Notes: generated from the sequence alone by a model not told the origin. 64,000 nucleotides of DNA from Dehalococcoidia bacterium (GCA_020634075.1 JACKCJ010000013.1:3298-67297), one strand, 5' to 3'; shown: positions 46,172 to 55,924, numbered from the stretch's first letter. Numbers and translations: made by a program.

Positions 46172-48421
46172 TCAGGAGCACTTCGAGTAGCCGCACGCCT
46201 GGCAGGTGAGGCAGCGCTCGAGGTATTCGAGCTGCTCGCCGCAGTCCGGGCACGTGAGGCCGGACATCGTCCGTTCGCCCTCCACGCGCGGCAACTCGAC
46301 GCCGAAGCGGAGCCGCAGCCAGCGGAAGACATAATCGAGGATGCTCGTCGCGAACGGGATGTCCGGGTTCGACGTGATTCCGTACGGCTCGAAGCGTGTC
46401 TGCTCGAGCTTTGCGGCGATCTTCTCGAGGCCCACCCCGTACTGGAGCGAGATCGAGGTCAGGAGGGCGACCGCGTCCGTCAGGCCGGAGACCGTCGAGC
46501 CTTCCTTGGCGATCTTGATGAAGACCTCACCGGGCGTGCCGTCCTCGAAGAGCCCGACCGTGACGTAGCCCTCCTGCTCGCCCACGCGGAACTTGTGCGT
46601 GATCGACTGGCGCTCGTCCGGGAGGTGGCGACGGTAGGGCGCCGGCGCGGGCGTACCCGTGGAGGCCGGCGCCTCGCGCGGCTCGTGCGCGAGCACCTGC
46701 ACGGCTCGAGAGCCGTCCCGGTAGACCGTGACGCCCTTGCAGCCGAGCCGGTGCGCCAGCAGGTAGACGTCGCGGATGTCGGCGGCGGTCGCCTCGCGCG
46801 GGAGGTTCACGGTCTTCGAGACCGCGAGGTCCGTGTGTTCCTGGAACGCTGCCTGCATGCGGACGTGCCAGGGGGGCGCGATGTCGTGTGCGGTGGCGAA
46901 CCACGCGCGGATGTCCTCGGGCACCTCGGTGCGGTCGCCGAGGCGGTCACCGTGTGCGAGGTCGTCCATGAGGTCTTCGCTCCAGAAGCCACGCTCGCGC
47001 GCGACTTCCTGGAAGCGTGCGTTCACCTCGGGCAGGATCGTGCCGTCGCCCATGCGCCGGTAGTGCGCGAGCGAGAAGTACGGCTCGATGCCGGACGACG
47101 CGCCCGCGATGATCGCGATCGTGCCGGTCGGGGCGATACAGGTGCGGGTGGCGTTCCGGAAGCGCCGGTTGGCGCCGTGCGGGCCGTAGATCGACTGCTC
47201 CCAGTTCGGGAACACGCCCTTCTCCGTGCCCAGCGCCTCGGAGACCCCGTCGGCCGCGTCCTGGATGTGCGCCATCACGCGCGCGCCGAGGGCGAGCGCT
47301 TCGTCCGAGGCGTACGGGATCGCGGCGGCGTTGAGGGCGTCCGCCCAGCCCATCACGCCGAGCCCGATCTTCCGGTTGCCGCGCACGGCCTCCGTGATCT
47401 GTGGGACCGGGAACTCGTTGACCTCGACGACCCCGTCGAGGAAGCGCGCGGCGACGCGGACCGTCGCTGCGAGGGCGTCCCAGTCGAAGTCACGGGCGTC
47501 GGCGTCCCAGAACAGCCCGAGGTTCACCGAGCCGAGCGTGCACGCCTCCCAGGGCAGGAGGGGCACCTCGCCGCACGGGTTGGTCGCCTCGATCGCGCCG
47601 AGGGCGGGCGTTGGGTTCGTCGCGTTGATTGTGTCGAGGAAGATCAGGCCCGGGTCACCGGTCTGCCACGCGGAGTCCACGATCTCGTCGAGCAGTTCGC
47701 GCGCATCGACCTCGCCGCGTGGAGCGCCGTCGCGCGGGTCGCGGAGCGTGAAGCGACGCGCGGACTCGGAACTGGCCGCGGCCGCGTCCATGAACTCCTG
47801 CGTGACGGCCACCGAGACGTTGAAGCGCGTCGCGGTGATGCCGTCGTCCTTGGCGTGGATGAACTCGCGGATGTCGGGGTGGTCGACGCGCAGGACGCCC
47901 ATGTTGGCGCCGTCGCGCTTCCCCCCCTGCGTCACCAGCCGCGACACGTCGTCATAGTGCCTGAGGACGCTCACAGGGCCGCAGGCGGCACCGTGGGTGG
48001 TCCGGATGGCCTCGCCCTTGCCTCGGAGGTTCGAGAACGAGAAGCCGGTGCCGCCGCCGTACTTCTGCACCATCGCCGTCGCCTCGGCCGTGGCCATGAT
48101 CGACTCGAGGGTGTCCTCCACCGGGAGGACGAAGCACGCGGCGAGGGTGCCCTGGCCGGTCCCCGCGTTCATCAGCGTCGGGGAGTTGGGCAGGAAGCGG
48201 AGCGCAGCCATCTCGTCGTAGTAGCGCTGCGCCCACTCGCGCCGGAGCTCCTCGGTGGCCTCGCAGGACGCGATGTGCAGCGCCACGCGGGCGAGGAGCT
48301 CCTCGGGCGTCTCGCGCACGTTGCCCTCGGCGTCGCGCAGCAGATAGCGCCGCTCGAGGACGGTGCGAGCGTTGTCGGTCAGCGTGACCGGGGTCAGGCG
48401 GAGGTCGGCGGTGGTGACCAT
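46172..48421 (-). CDS. nrdJ: Adenosylcobalamin-dependent ribonucleotide reductase (class II)
   Basis: LPNSPTLMNAG, the TNPCGE active-site region and the C-terminal Cys tail CPDCGEQLEYLERCLTCQACGYSKC are present. 749 aa, with no intein-sized insertion. Confidence 0.93.
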   Translation of the reverse strand: MVTTADLRLTPVTLTDNARTVLERRYLLRDAEGNVRETPEELLARVALHIASCEATEELRREWAQRYYDEMAALRFLPNSPTLMNAGTGQGTLAACFVLPVEDTLESIMATAEATAMVQKYGGGTGFSFSNLRGKGEAIRTTHGAACGPVSVLRHYDDVSRLVTQGGKRDGANMGVLRVDHPDIREFIHAKDDGITATRFNVSVAVTQEFMDAAAASSESARRFTLRDPRDGAPRGEVDARELLDEIVDSAWQTGDPGLIFLDTINATNPTPALGAIEATNPCGEVPLLPWEACTLGSVNLGLFWDADARDFDWDALAATVRVAARFLDGVVEVNEFPVPQITEAVRGNRKIGLGVMGWADALNAAAIPYASDEALALGARVMAHIQDAADGVSEALGTEKGVFPNWEQSIYGPHGANRRFRNATRTCIAPTGTIAIIAGASSGIEPYFSLAHYRRMGDGTILPEVNARFQEVARERGFWSEDLMDDLAHGDRLGDRTEVPEDIRAWFATAHDIAPPWHVRMQAAFQEHTDLAVSKTVNLPREATAADIRDVYLLAHRLGCKGVTVYRDGSRAVQVLAHEPREAPASTGTPAPAPYRRHLPDERQSITHKFRVGEQEGYVTVGLFEDGTPGEVFIKIAKEGSTVSGLTDAVALLTSISLQYGVGLEKIAAKLEQTRFEPYGITSNPDIPFATSILDYVFRWLRLRFGVELPRVEGERTMSGLTCPDCGEQLEYLERCLTCQACGYSKCS

Positions 48422-48475
48422 GGATCGAGGATCGCACAGTCGGGGTCGGTTCTGGGACTGCGGATGGCAGTCGCT

Positions 48476-48518
48476 GCAGAAAAGCGGACGCCCCGCGGGC
48501 GGGTGATGCGGGGCGTCC
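48476..48518 (-). terminator. Intrinsic terminator or attenuator between nrdR and nrdJ
   Basis: On the minus strand, GGACGCCCCGC-atcacccgccc-GCGGGGCGTCC (11-bp perfect stem) is followed by GCTTTTCTGC. Confidence 0.55.
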
Positions 48519-48572
48519 TATGTGGCGGGAACGTGCTGTGTCGGGCCCGAGTCCTGCTCGGGTGGGTGAGGG

Positions 48573-49175
48573 CTACCGCGCCCGTCGCGCGTCGAGGGAG
48601 ACCGGCTCGCGGTCGACGTCCTCAGTCGTGGCGACGGCCTCCTCGCGGACGGGCGGGACCTCGCCGCGGATGAGGGAGTCCATGTCGTCCTCGAACAGGC
48701 GAGCCTGCTCCGGGGCGAGGGCGAACGGTCCGGCGTTCGCCATGCGGTTCAGCTCCTCCAGCATCTCGTCCAGCGAGACGAACTGGTGGTAGACGGACGC
48801 GAAGCGGATGTAGGCGATCGGGTCGAGGCCCTTGAGGCGCGTGATCGCCATCTCGCCGACGACGCGGCTGGGGATCTCGCGACGACCTGAGCCGAGCAGG
48901 CGGCCCTCGATGTCGTCGACGATGGCCTCGATCGAGCCGGTCGGCAACGGACGCTTCTGGGCGGCGATGCGCAGGCCGGCCAGGAGCTTCTCGCGGTTGA
49001 ACTCTTCGCGGCGCCCGTCCTTCTTCACGACCATGACCACGGCACGCTGGATCTGCTCGACGGTGGTGAACCGCTCGTCGCAGCCCTCGCACTCGCGGCG
49101 GCGGCGGATGCCGGCCTCGGTCGTGCGGGAGTCGATCACTTTGCTCGTGTCATGGCCACAGAAGGGGCACTTCAT
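48573..49175 (-). CDS. nrdR: Transcriptional repressor NrdR with extended acidic C-terminal tail
   Basis: MKCPFCGH...ECEGCDERFTT forms the Zn ribbon. VVKKDGRREEFNREKL is the ATP-cone. The start is set at ATG 49175, giving 200 aa. Confidence 0.93.
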   Translation of the reverse strand: MKCPFCGHDTSKVIDSRTTEAGIRRRRECEGCDERFTTVEQIQRAVVMVVKKDGRREEFNREKLLAGLRIAAQKRPLPTGSIEAIVDDIEGRLLGSGRREIPSRVVGEMAITRLKGLDPIAYIRFASVYHQFVSLDEMLEELNRMANAGPFALAPEQARLFEDDMDSLIRGEVPPVREEAVATTEDVDREPVSLDARRAR

Positions 49176-49400
49176 CAGAGGTGTCAGCGCTCTCGTTGGG
49201 GGAGGGGCGGTGGTTGGAACCGGGGTGGGGCGCGCCGGTGGTGAGTTCGGAGTATTGGCCCCACAGCCCGTGCCCTCAACGGGAGGCATCCACATCGTTG
49301 TCGCCCAGTTGTCCCCAAGTCTGGGGATACGAGGGCACAACCTCGCGGAATCCTGTTGAGCACGGCCGTGCGAGGCGCTCGGATGGCCCGAGACAGACGA

Positions 49401-49426
49401 ACGGGGCGGCCGTGAGGCCGCCCCGT
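49401..49426 (-). terminator. Hairpin after ftsZ (probable terminator)
   Basis: ACGGGGCGGCC-tcac-GGCCGCCCCGT on the minus strand is followed by TCGTCTGTCTC. Confidence 0.5.
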
Positions 49427-49448
49427 CGCATGGTCGCTGTCCTCGGCG

Positions 49449-51212
49449 CTAGCGCGTCGGGAAGGAGCGGCGGAGGAACGTCGGCAGGTCCGCCTCGGTG
49501 AGGGCGTCGGGCGAGGTCGGGTCGGGCTTGATCTGCCCGAGCTTGATCGGCTCGATGTCCTCCTGCTGGTCCAGCACCTGCTTCATGCTGAGCTTCTTCA
49601 CGCCGCTGAAGCCCGTGGCGATGAGCGTGATCCGGACCTCGTCCTTGAGGCTGTCGTCCAGGCTCGTGCCGAAGATGATCTCCGCCTCCGGGTCCACCAC
49701 GCTCGCGATGACGCGGGCGGCGGAGTCCAGCTCGCGGAGGCCGAGGTCCCGGGGCCCCGTGACGTTGAACAGCACGCCCGTCGCGCCGGTGATGTCGACC
49801 TCGAGCAGCGGGCTCGAGATCGCCTGCCGGGCGGCGTCAGTGGCGCGGTTCTCGCCGCGGCCGGCGCCGATGGCCATGAGGGCCGGGCCGGCGTCCGACA
49901 TGATCTTGCGGACGTCCGCGAAGTCCAGGTTCACGAGGCCCGGCACCGTGATCAGCTCGCTGATGCCCTGGATGCCCTGCCGGAGCACGTCGTCCGCCAT
50001 CGAGAAGGCTTCCTCGATGGAGACCTTGTCGTCGCCGAGCTGCAGGAGCCGGTCGTTGTGGATCACGATGAGCGTGTCCACCTTGTCCTGCAGGTCGCGG
50101 ACGCCTTCCTCCGCCTGCTGGCGGCGCTTGGCGCCCTCGAACGTGAAGGGCTTCGTGACCACGCCGATGGTGAGGGCGCCCATCTCCCGGGCGACCTCTG
50201 CCACGATCGGGGCGGCGCCGGTGCCGGTGCCGCCGCCGAGGCAGGCGGTAACGAAGACCATCTCCGCGCCGGCAAGCGCCTCCGCGATCGCCTCGCGGGA
50301 TTCCTCGGCGGAGCGAGCGCCGCGCAGCGGGTCGGCGCCGGCGCCGAGGCCGCGGGTGAGCCGGTCGCCGATGCGGACGCGGATCTCAGCCTTGCAGTGC
50401 TCCAGCGCCTGCATGTCCGTGTTCATCGCCACGTACTGCACGCCCGGGAGGCGGGCGCCCAGCATGCGGTTCACGGCGTTCGTGCCGCCGCCGCCAACAC
50501 CGACCACCTTGATGGGCGGCAGACCTTCAAACTCGACCATCTGGGTACCTTCCGTTCGTGCGGGCTTCGCTGCCCGCGGGGGTGGAGGGCTGCTGGTGCC
50601 GTAGCCGCTACGCGGTGCGTGCGCGCTCGGAGCCTCCGCCTTCGGGCTCGTCTGCTCCCCCTGCGGGGCACGGGTGGTCTTCGCCTCCGCAGCGGGCGCT
50701 GCTGAGGACTTGGCTGCTGAGGACTTGGTGGCCGCTGCCGAGGCCTTGGGGGCGTCGACCTGGGCGGCTTCGAGTTCCGCGAGGATCGACTTGTAGTCCG
50801 TCTCGTATTCGGACGAGTGGCCCGGGGGCGCCGGGTCCGCCGCGAGGTCGAGCGACGCCGCAGCCTGCTCGGTCGCGCTCTGGGCCTCCGCCGACGGCAT
50901 GACGGCCGACGAGGCCGCCGTGATCACCGGCGCGAGAGGCTCCTCGGCCGGCTGCGCCGCTGCCGGCTCGTTCTCCGTCGCGTCTTCGGCCGTGCCCGTC
51001 TCGATGATCGGGGCCTGCTCGACCGCGAGGGCGGCCTGTGGGGCATCCTCGACGTCGTCCGTGGCTTCGGCGTCGTCCTCCGGCGAGGGGACGACGGACA
51101 GGCGGCGCTCATGCACCTCCTGCCGGGCCGCGGCCAGGTAGTCGAAGAGCGTGCCACCGCCCATCGGGTCTCCGCCCTCGTTGGGGCGGTGTGACCGTTC
51201 CTGCTCGTTCAT
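49449..51212 (-). CDS. ftsZ: Cell division GTPase FtsZ, long form with ~224-aa N-terminal low-complexity extension (canonical core starts at ATG 50540)
   Basis: The core carries [15 protein letters not shown] and [10 protein letters not shown], and the C-terminal peptide is DLPTFLRR. The ORF is open to ATG 51212, which has GGGAAGGTGAGGTG upstream, and the extension has coding-like third-position GC bias. The canonical ATG 50540 has GGAAGG 7 nt upstream. The gene call is secure, but the true N terminus is uncertain. Confidence 0.9.
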   Translation of the reverse strand: MNEQERSHRPNEGGDPMGGGTLFDYLAAARQEVHERRLSVVPSPEDDAEATDDVEDAPQAALAVEQAPIIETGTAEDATENEPAAAQPAEEPLAPVITAASSAVMPSAEAQSATEQAAASLDLAADPAPPGHSSEYETDYKSILAELEAAQVDAPKASAAATKSSAAKSSAAPAAEAKTTRAPQGEQTSPKAEAPSAHAPRSGYGTSSPPPPRAAKPARTEGTQMVEFEGLPPIKVVGVGGGGTNAVNRMLGARLPGVQYVAMNTDMQALEHCKAEIRVRIGDRLTRGLGAGADPLRGARSAEESREAIAEALAGAEMVFVTACLGGGTGTGAAPIVAEVAREMGALTIGVVTKPFTFEGAKRRQQAEEGVRDLQDKVDTLIVIHNDRLLQLGDDKVSIEEAFSMADDVLRQGIQGISELITVPGLVNLDFADVRKIMSDAGPALMAIGAGRGENRATDAARQAISSPLLEVDITGATGVLFNVTGPRDLGLRELDSAARVIASVVDPEAEIIFGTSLDDSLKDEVRITLIATGFSGVKKLSMKQVLDQQEDIEPIKLGQIKPDPTSPDALTEADLPTFLRRSFPTR

Positions 51213-51264
51213 CGCACCTCACCTTCCCGGCGCTTGCGGCATCGCCGAGCGCTCATTCGGGTGG

Positions 51265-52503
51265 TCATTGGGGAAGGATGACCCGCATCAAATGCGCCAC
51301 TTTCTTGAAGATCCCGCCCAGTGCCGGTGCGGCGACCGGCGTGGAACGGAACATGATTTCCTGCTCCTTCAGGGCCCAGCGCAGGAGCCCCACGGATGTC
51401 GCGTAGGCGGGGTCATGGAGCAGGTCCGACAGCCCCGCCAGGTGCTGAGGACGGCCCACGCGAGCGGGCAGCCCCATCACCTCTTCGGCCAGTAGATCGA
51501 TGCCCGGGACGGCGGAGGCGCCGCCGGACAGCACGATGCCCGCGGAGAGCACCTCGGGGTCGGCCCCGCGGCGGATCTCAGCCAGCACCAGTTCGAACAA
51601 CTCTTCCGTCCGCGCCTGGAGGACCTGCGCGAGCAGCCGCCGTGGCATCTGCTTCGAGCCCTCCGAGCCGAACGCCTCCACCTCGACTTCTTCGTCCTCC
51701 GCGACCATCGAGGGGATGACGTGTCCGTACTTCCGCTTCGCCTGCTCGGCGGCCGGCTGCGGGACCCGCAGCGCCACCACCAGGTCGCGCGTCATGTGGA
51801 CGCCGCCGATGGGCAGCACGGCGGTGTGCACCACCGCGCCGTCCACGAACACCGCCACGTCCGTCGTCCCGCCGCCGATGTCGACGATGACGACGCCCTG
51901 CTGCATCTCCTCGCGGGAGAGCACGGCTTCAGCCGACGCCAGCGGCTCGAGGATGAGCGACTCGACGCGGACGCCGGCGCCCTCCACGCACTGCATGAGG
52001 TTGTGCATCGCCGAGGACGAGGAGGTGACGACGTGCGTCTCCACGTCCAGCCGTGAGCCGAACATGCCGCTCGGGTCGATGACGTGGTCCTGGCCGTCCA
52101 CGACGTAGTACCGCGGCACCACGTGGATGACCTCGCGGTTCGTCGGGACGTTCACGATGCGGGCGCTTTCGAGGGCGCGCGCGACGTCGTCATCGGTGAT
52201 CGGGTGGCGCGGGTCGCCGATGGCCACGATGCCCCTCGAGTTCATCGAGGAGACGTGGGGGCCGGCGATGCCGACATGGGCGGAGAGGATCCGCGTCCCC
52301 GAGGCGCGTTCAGCGCGCTCCACGGACGAGGCGATCGCCTCGATGCCCGCCTGGATGTTGTCCACCATCCCGCGGGCGAGGCCCGCGGACGGTCCGACCC
52401 CGACACCGAGGATCCGGAGATCCTGGTGCTGGTCCACCTCGGCGACGATCGTGCAGATCTTCGTCGTCCCAACATCGATAGCGGCGATGCTGTGATTGGC
52501 CAT
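51265..52503 (-). CDS. ftsA: Cell division protein FtsA
   Basis: The actin-fold motifs AIDVGTTKICTIV and VVIVDIGGGTTDVAVF are present, along with a C-terminal amphipathic helix (GGIFKKVAHLMRVIL). The start is set at ATG 52503. Confidence 0.92.
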   Translation of the reverse strand: MANHSIAAIDVGTTKICTIVAEVDQHQDLRILGVGVGPSAGLARGMVDNIQAGIEAIASSVERAERASGTRILSAHVGIAGPHVSSMNSRGIVAIGDPRHPITDDDVARALESARIVNVPTNREVIHVVPRYYVVDGQDHVIDPSGMFGSRLDVETHVVTSSSSAMHNLMQCVEGAGVRVESLILEPLASAEAVLSREEMQQGVVIVDIGGGTTDVAVFVDGAVVHTAVLPIGGVHMTRDLVVALRVPQPAAEQAKRKYGHVIPSMVAEDEEVEVEAFGSEGSKQMPRRLLAQVLQARTEELFELVLAEIRRGADPEVLSAGIVLSGGASAVPGIDLLAEEVMGLPARVGRPQHLAGLSDLLHDPAYATSVGLLRWALKEQEIMFRSTPVAAPALGGIFKKVAHLMRVILPQ

Positions 52504-52519
52504 CAGCACACGTCCTTCG

Positions 52520-53401
52520 TCATCGCAGCACCACGTTCCGACCGAAGCGGAGGTCAACCTCCGCGACCTGGGGAGAGCCGGTCGCTTCGCGCTCGCTGAG
52601 CTGACGGAGCACCTGCTCGAAGGCCTCAACCTTGAACTCGTAGTTGGACGAGTCGCCAAACACCGCGTCGGGGCCGTCCTGGGCGATGACCGTGAGGCCA
52701 CGGTCACGCTGGAACACCCACGCCGTCGGCGTGAGCCCCGCTTCCTGGAAGACGCGGTCCTCGATGAGCCGTGCGACGAGGTGGACGGTGTCGGGGTCGG
52801 CGCCCTTCCCGTCCTCCAGGTCACGCGGCGAAGCGAGATCGATGATGGTGGGAGCGTCCTCGGGCGCCGGGCGGGACGCGCGGAGGACGTTGCCGTCCGC
52901 GTCGATCACCTGCACGCGGCCGGCCGTCTGCCAGTAGCCCCAGGCCTGGTGCTCCTCGATGGTCACGTGCACCGAGTTGGGCCACGCGCGCTCGACGGTC
53001 ACGGACTTCACCGCCGGGAGGAGGGCGATCTCCTGCTCGGCCTTCGTGGTGTCCAGCGTGAGCATGGACTCGCCGCCGAGCTGGCTCACCGCCGCGACCT
53101 GGCGCGCGCCGACGACCTGGGCGCCGCTGACGTCGATGTTCATCACGCGCAGCGAGTCGCCGGTGAGCAGCCACGCCGCCCCGTAGATGACGCTCGACGC
53201 GGCCACGAGGCCGCCGAGGGCGACGCCGATGCGACGCCACGGCACGTGGAACTCCCGCGGCGGCTTCGGTCGCTCCGCGCGGGCGAGGGTGTACTGGCGC
53301 TGCGGAGCGCGCGAGGACATCGCGCGGCCGCTGACGCCGCGCGGGTTGTAGCGGCGCTGGCGGCGCCCGGGCAGGCGGAGGTTCCCGAACGGGTTACGCA
53401 T
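52520..53401 (-). CDS. ftsQ: Cell division protein FtsQ/DivIB (POTRA)
   Basis: It has a basic cytoplasmic N terminus, one TM helix, and a POTRA-like LRVMNIDVSGAQVV...MLTLD block. Its position between ddl and ftsA supports the call. Confidence 0.8.
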   Translation of the reverse strand: MRNPFGNLRLPGRRQRRYNPRGVSGRAMSSRAPQRQYTLARAERPKPPREFHVPWRRIGVALGGLVAASSVIYGAAWLLTGDSLRVMNIDVSGAQVVGARQVAAVSQLGGESMLTLDTTKAEQEIALLPAVKSVTVERAWPNSVHVTIEEHQAWGYWQTAGRVQVIDADGNVLRASRPAPEDAPTIIDLASPRDLEDGKGADPDTVHLVARLIEDRVFQEAGLTPTAWVFQRDRGLTVIAQDGPDAVFGDSSNYEFKVEAFEQVLRQLSEREATGSPQVAEVDLRFGRNVVLR

Positions 53402-54467
53402 GCGCCACCCGCCGTTCCGCGTGCCGCTCGAGGGCGAAGTCCACGAGCCGCGAGATCAGCTGGGAGTAGGAAACGCCGGCTTCCTGCCAGAGGCGCGGGT
53501 ACATCGAGATCGGGGTGAAGCCCGGGAGGGTGTTCACCTCGATGCACTTCACGCCGCCGTCCGGCTCCACGAAGAAGTCGACGCGGGAGAGGCCTGAGCA
53601 GTCCAGCGCCTTGAAGGCGCGGACGGCATAGTCCTGCACGAGCGCGGCGACCTTCTCATCGACGCGCGCGGGCACGATCAGCGCGGCCGTGTCGTCGAGG
53701 TACTTCGCGGCGTAGTCGTAGAACTCGGTGCTCGGGGCGATCTCCCCGAGCGGTGACGGCTTCGGGTCGTGGTGCCCGAGGACGGCGCACTCGACCTCCT
53801 GGCCCTCGAGGGCGGCCTCGACGAGCACCTTCCGGTCGAAGCGGCCGGCCTCGGCGATCGCGTCGCCGATGTCCTCGCGGGAGCGGGCCTTGGTCACGCC
53901 GACGGACGAGCCGCCGTTCGCGGGCTTCACGAAGCACGGGTAGCCGATGGCGGCCCCGATCGCGTCGAGCTGCGCCTCGGTGGGCGCGGCGACTTCGTCG
54001 TCGCGGAGGACGACGTAGGCGGCCTGCGGGATCTGGTGCGCCGCGAAGACCGCGCGCATCAGCTCCTTGTCCATGCCGACGGCGCTCGCAGCGACGCCCG
54101 GCCCGACGTAAGGCAGGTCGGCCATCTCGAGCAGCCCCTGCATCGTGCCGTCCTCCCCGAAGGTGCCGTGCACGATCGGGAACACGACGTCCGCGGATCG
54201 CAGCGTCGCGAGCACCTCGAGGTAGGCGAAGGCGCCACCGCCGAAGTCGTCGCCGATGTCGCGACGCTCGCCGGCCTCGACCTGCGCGAGGCGCTCGCGG
54301 GTCTCATCCTCGGAGAGCCATGCGCCGCGCTTGGTGATGCCCACGGGGATCACCTCGAAGCGGTCGGTGTCTGCCTCGCGCATCACGCCGCGAGCGGAGG
54401 TCACGGAGACCTCGTGCTCGGCGGAGCGCCCGCCGAAGATCACGGCCAGCCGCTGCTTCGCGGTCAC
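53394..54467 (-). CDS. ddl: D-alanine--D-alanine ligase
   Basis: VIFGGRSAEHEVS, HGTFGEDGTMQGLLE, the ATP-grasp core and EVNTLPGFT are present. Confidence 0.93.
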   Translation of the reverse strand: MTAKQRLAVIFGGRSAEHEVSVTSARGVMREADTDRFEVIPVGITKRGAWLSEDETRERLAQVEAGERRDIGDDFGGGAFAYLEVLATLRSADVVFPIVHGTFGEDGTMQGLLEMADLPYVGPGVAASAVGMDKELMRAVFAAHQIPQAAYVVLRDDEVAAPTEAQLDAIGAAIGYPCFVKPANGGSSVGVTKARSREDIGDAIAEAGRFDRKVLVEAALEGQEVECAVLGHHDPKPSPLGEIAPSTEFYDYAAKYLDDTAALIVPARVDEKVAALVQDYAVRAFKALDCSGLSRVDFFVEPDGGVKCIEVNTLPGFTPISMYPRLWQEAGVSYSQLISRLVDFALERHAERRVAHA

Positions 54468-55924
54468 GCGTCACCTCCCTCGGGCGAGGGGGCGTCGGGA
54501 GCGAGGGCTGCGAGCACCATCGGCCCGAGCTCGGTCACGTCGCCGGCGCCGATGGTGAAGAACACGTCCCCGGCGCGGAGGTCGGCGGCGATCCGCTCGG
54601 TCGCCTCCTCGAAGGAGTCGACGTAGATCGGCTGCGGCTTCTCGATCTGGTCCGCGAGGGCGTGCGCGTCCATGCCGCGGTCCGCCGTCTCGCGCGCCTC
54701 GTAGGTGCGGAGGACGTACAGCGCGTCCAGGGACTCGAAGCAGGTCTTGAAGTCGTCCAGCAGGTACTGGCTGCGCGTGTACGTGTGCGGCTGGAAGCAC
54801 GCGACGAGGCGCCGGCCCGGGAAGCGGGCGCGGGCCGCGGACAGCGTCGCGCGCACCTCGGTCGGGTGGTGGGCGTAGTCGTCGATGATCGTGACGATGC
54901 CGCCCTCGACCGCGGGTTCGCCGATCAGCTCGAAGCGCCGCTTCGCGCCCTGGAACTCGGAGGCAGCCTGGGCGGCGCGGTGGAAGTCCACGCCGGCCCG
55001 CATCGACGCCGCGAGCGCGCCGAGGGCGTTCAGCAGGTTGTGGCGGCCCGGCACGCCGAGGGACAGTCGCCCAAGCTCCTGGCCCGAGAGCAGCACGGTG
55101 CAGTCGAGCCCGCCACGGTCGTTGCCGCGCACCTTCGTGGCGCGCCACTCGACGTCGGTGGCGTCGATGCCGTAGCGCTCGACGTGGGCGCCCTCGGCTT
55201 CGCGGGTGCCGGCGATGGATGCGGCCCACGTGTTGTCGGCGCAGGCGATGAGGATGCCGTCCGGCCGGATGCGGCGCGAGAAGGCGAGGAACGCCTGCCC
55301 CAGCCGCTCCGCGGTGCCGTAGTAATCGAGGTGGTCCGCCTCGACGTTGGTGATCAGGCCGATGCGCGGGGAGTACTGGAGGAACGCCTCGGCGTACTCG
55401 TCCGCCTCCACCACGGCGATGCGTCCGGCACCATCACGGGCATTCGCATCGCCGAGGTCGCGCATGTCGCCGCCGATGAGCACCAGCGGGTCCAGCTCAC
55501 CGCGCACGGCCATCAGCGCGACCATCGAGGAGGTCGTGGTCTTGCCGTGCGTCCCGGCGACTGCGATCACATCGCGGTCGGCCAGCAGCTTCTGGACCAT
55601 CTCGGCGCGCGAGATGAGCGGGATGCCCTGGCGCTTCGCCTCGGCGATCTCCGGGTTGTCGTCCTTCGCGGCGGCCGTGGCGACCACCAGCTCGGCGTCC
55701 TGGACGTTCTCGGCGCGGTGCCCCTGGAAGACCCGGCCGCCGAGGGCGACGAGGCGCTCGGTGTGCTCGGACAGCGTGAGGTCGGATCCGGTCACCACGT
55801 GGCCCCGCTGCAGCAGGATCTGGCCGATGCCGGACATGTGGATGCCGCCGGCGCCCACGAGGTGGACCCGGTGCGGGATGCCGTTGCCGTTGCGGCGCTG
55901 CTGGCGAGGCTTGATGCCGATCAC
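54464..55924 (-). CDS. murC: UDP-N-acetylmuramate--L-alanine ligase
   Basis: HLVGAGGIHMSGIGQIL, AGTHGKTTTSSM and DDYAHHPTE are present. Confidence 0.93.
   Translation of the reverse strand: MIGIKPRQQRRNGNGIPHRVHLVGAGGIHMSGIGQILLQRGHVVTGSDLTLSEHTERLVALGGRVFQGHRAENVQDAELVVATAAAKDDNPEIAEAKRQGIPLISRAEMVQKLLADRDVIAVAGTHGKTTTSSMVALMAVRGELDPLVLIGGDMRDLGDANARDGAGRIAVVEADEYAEAFLQYSPRIGLITNVEADHLDYYGTAERLGQAFLAFSRRIRPDGILIACADNTWAASIAGTREAEGAHVERYGIDATDVEWRATKVRGNDRGGLDCTVLLSGQELGRLSLGVPGRHNLLNALGALAASMRAGVDFHRAAQAASEFQGAKRRFELIGEPAVEGGIVTIIDDYAHHPTEVRATLSAARARFPGRRLVACFQPHTYTRSQYLLDDFKTCFESLDALYVLRTYEARETADRGMDAHALADQIEKPQPIYVDSFEEATERIAADLRAGDVFFTIGAGDVTELGPMVLAALAPDAPSPEGGDA

Noticed and set aside
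48422-48572. Cobalamin riboswitch or clear NrdR boxes upstream of nrdJ
   Set aside because: The leader of about 150 nt is too short and lacks a recognisable B12-box. I saw only a terminator hairpin and no convincing 16-bp NrdR palindrome pair by eye. A PWM or covariance-model scan is still needed.
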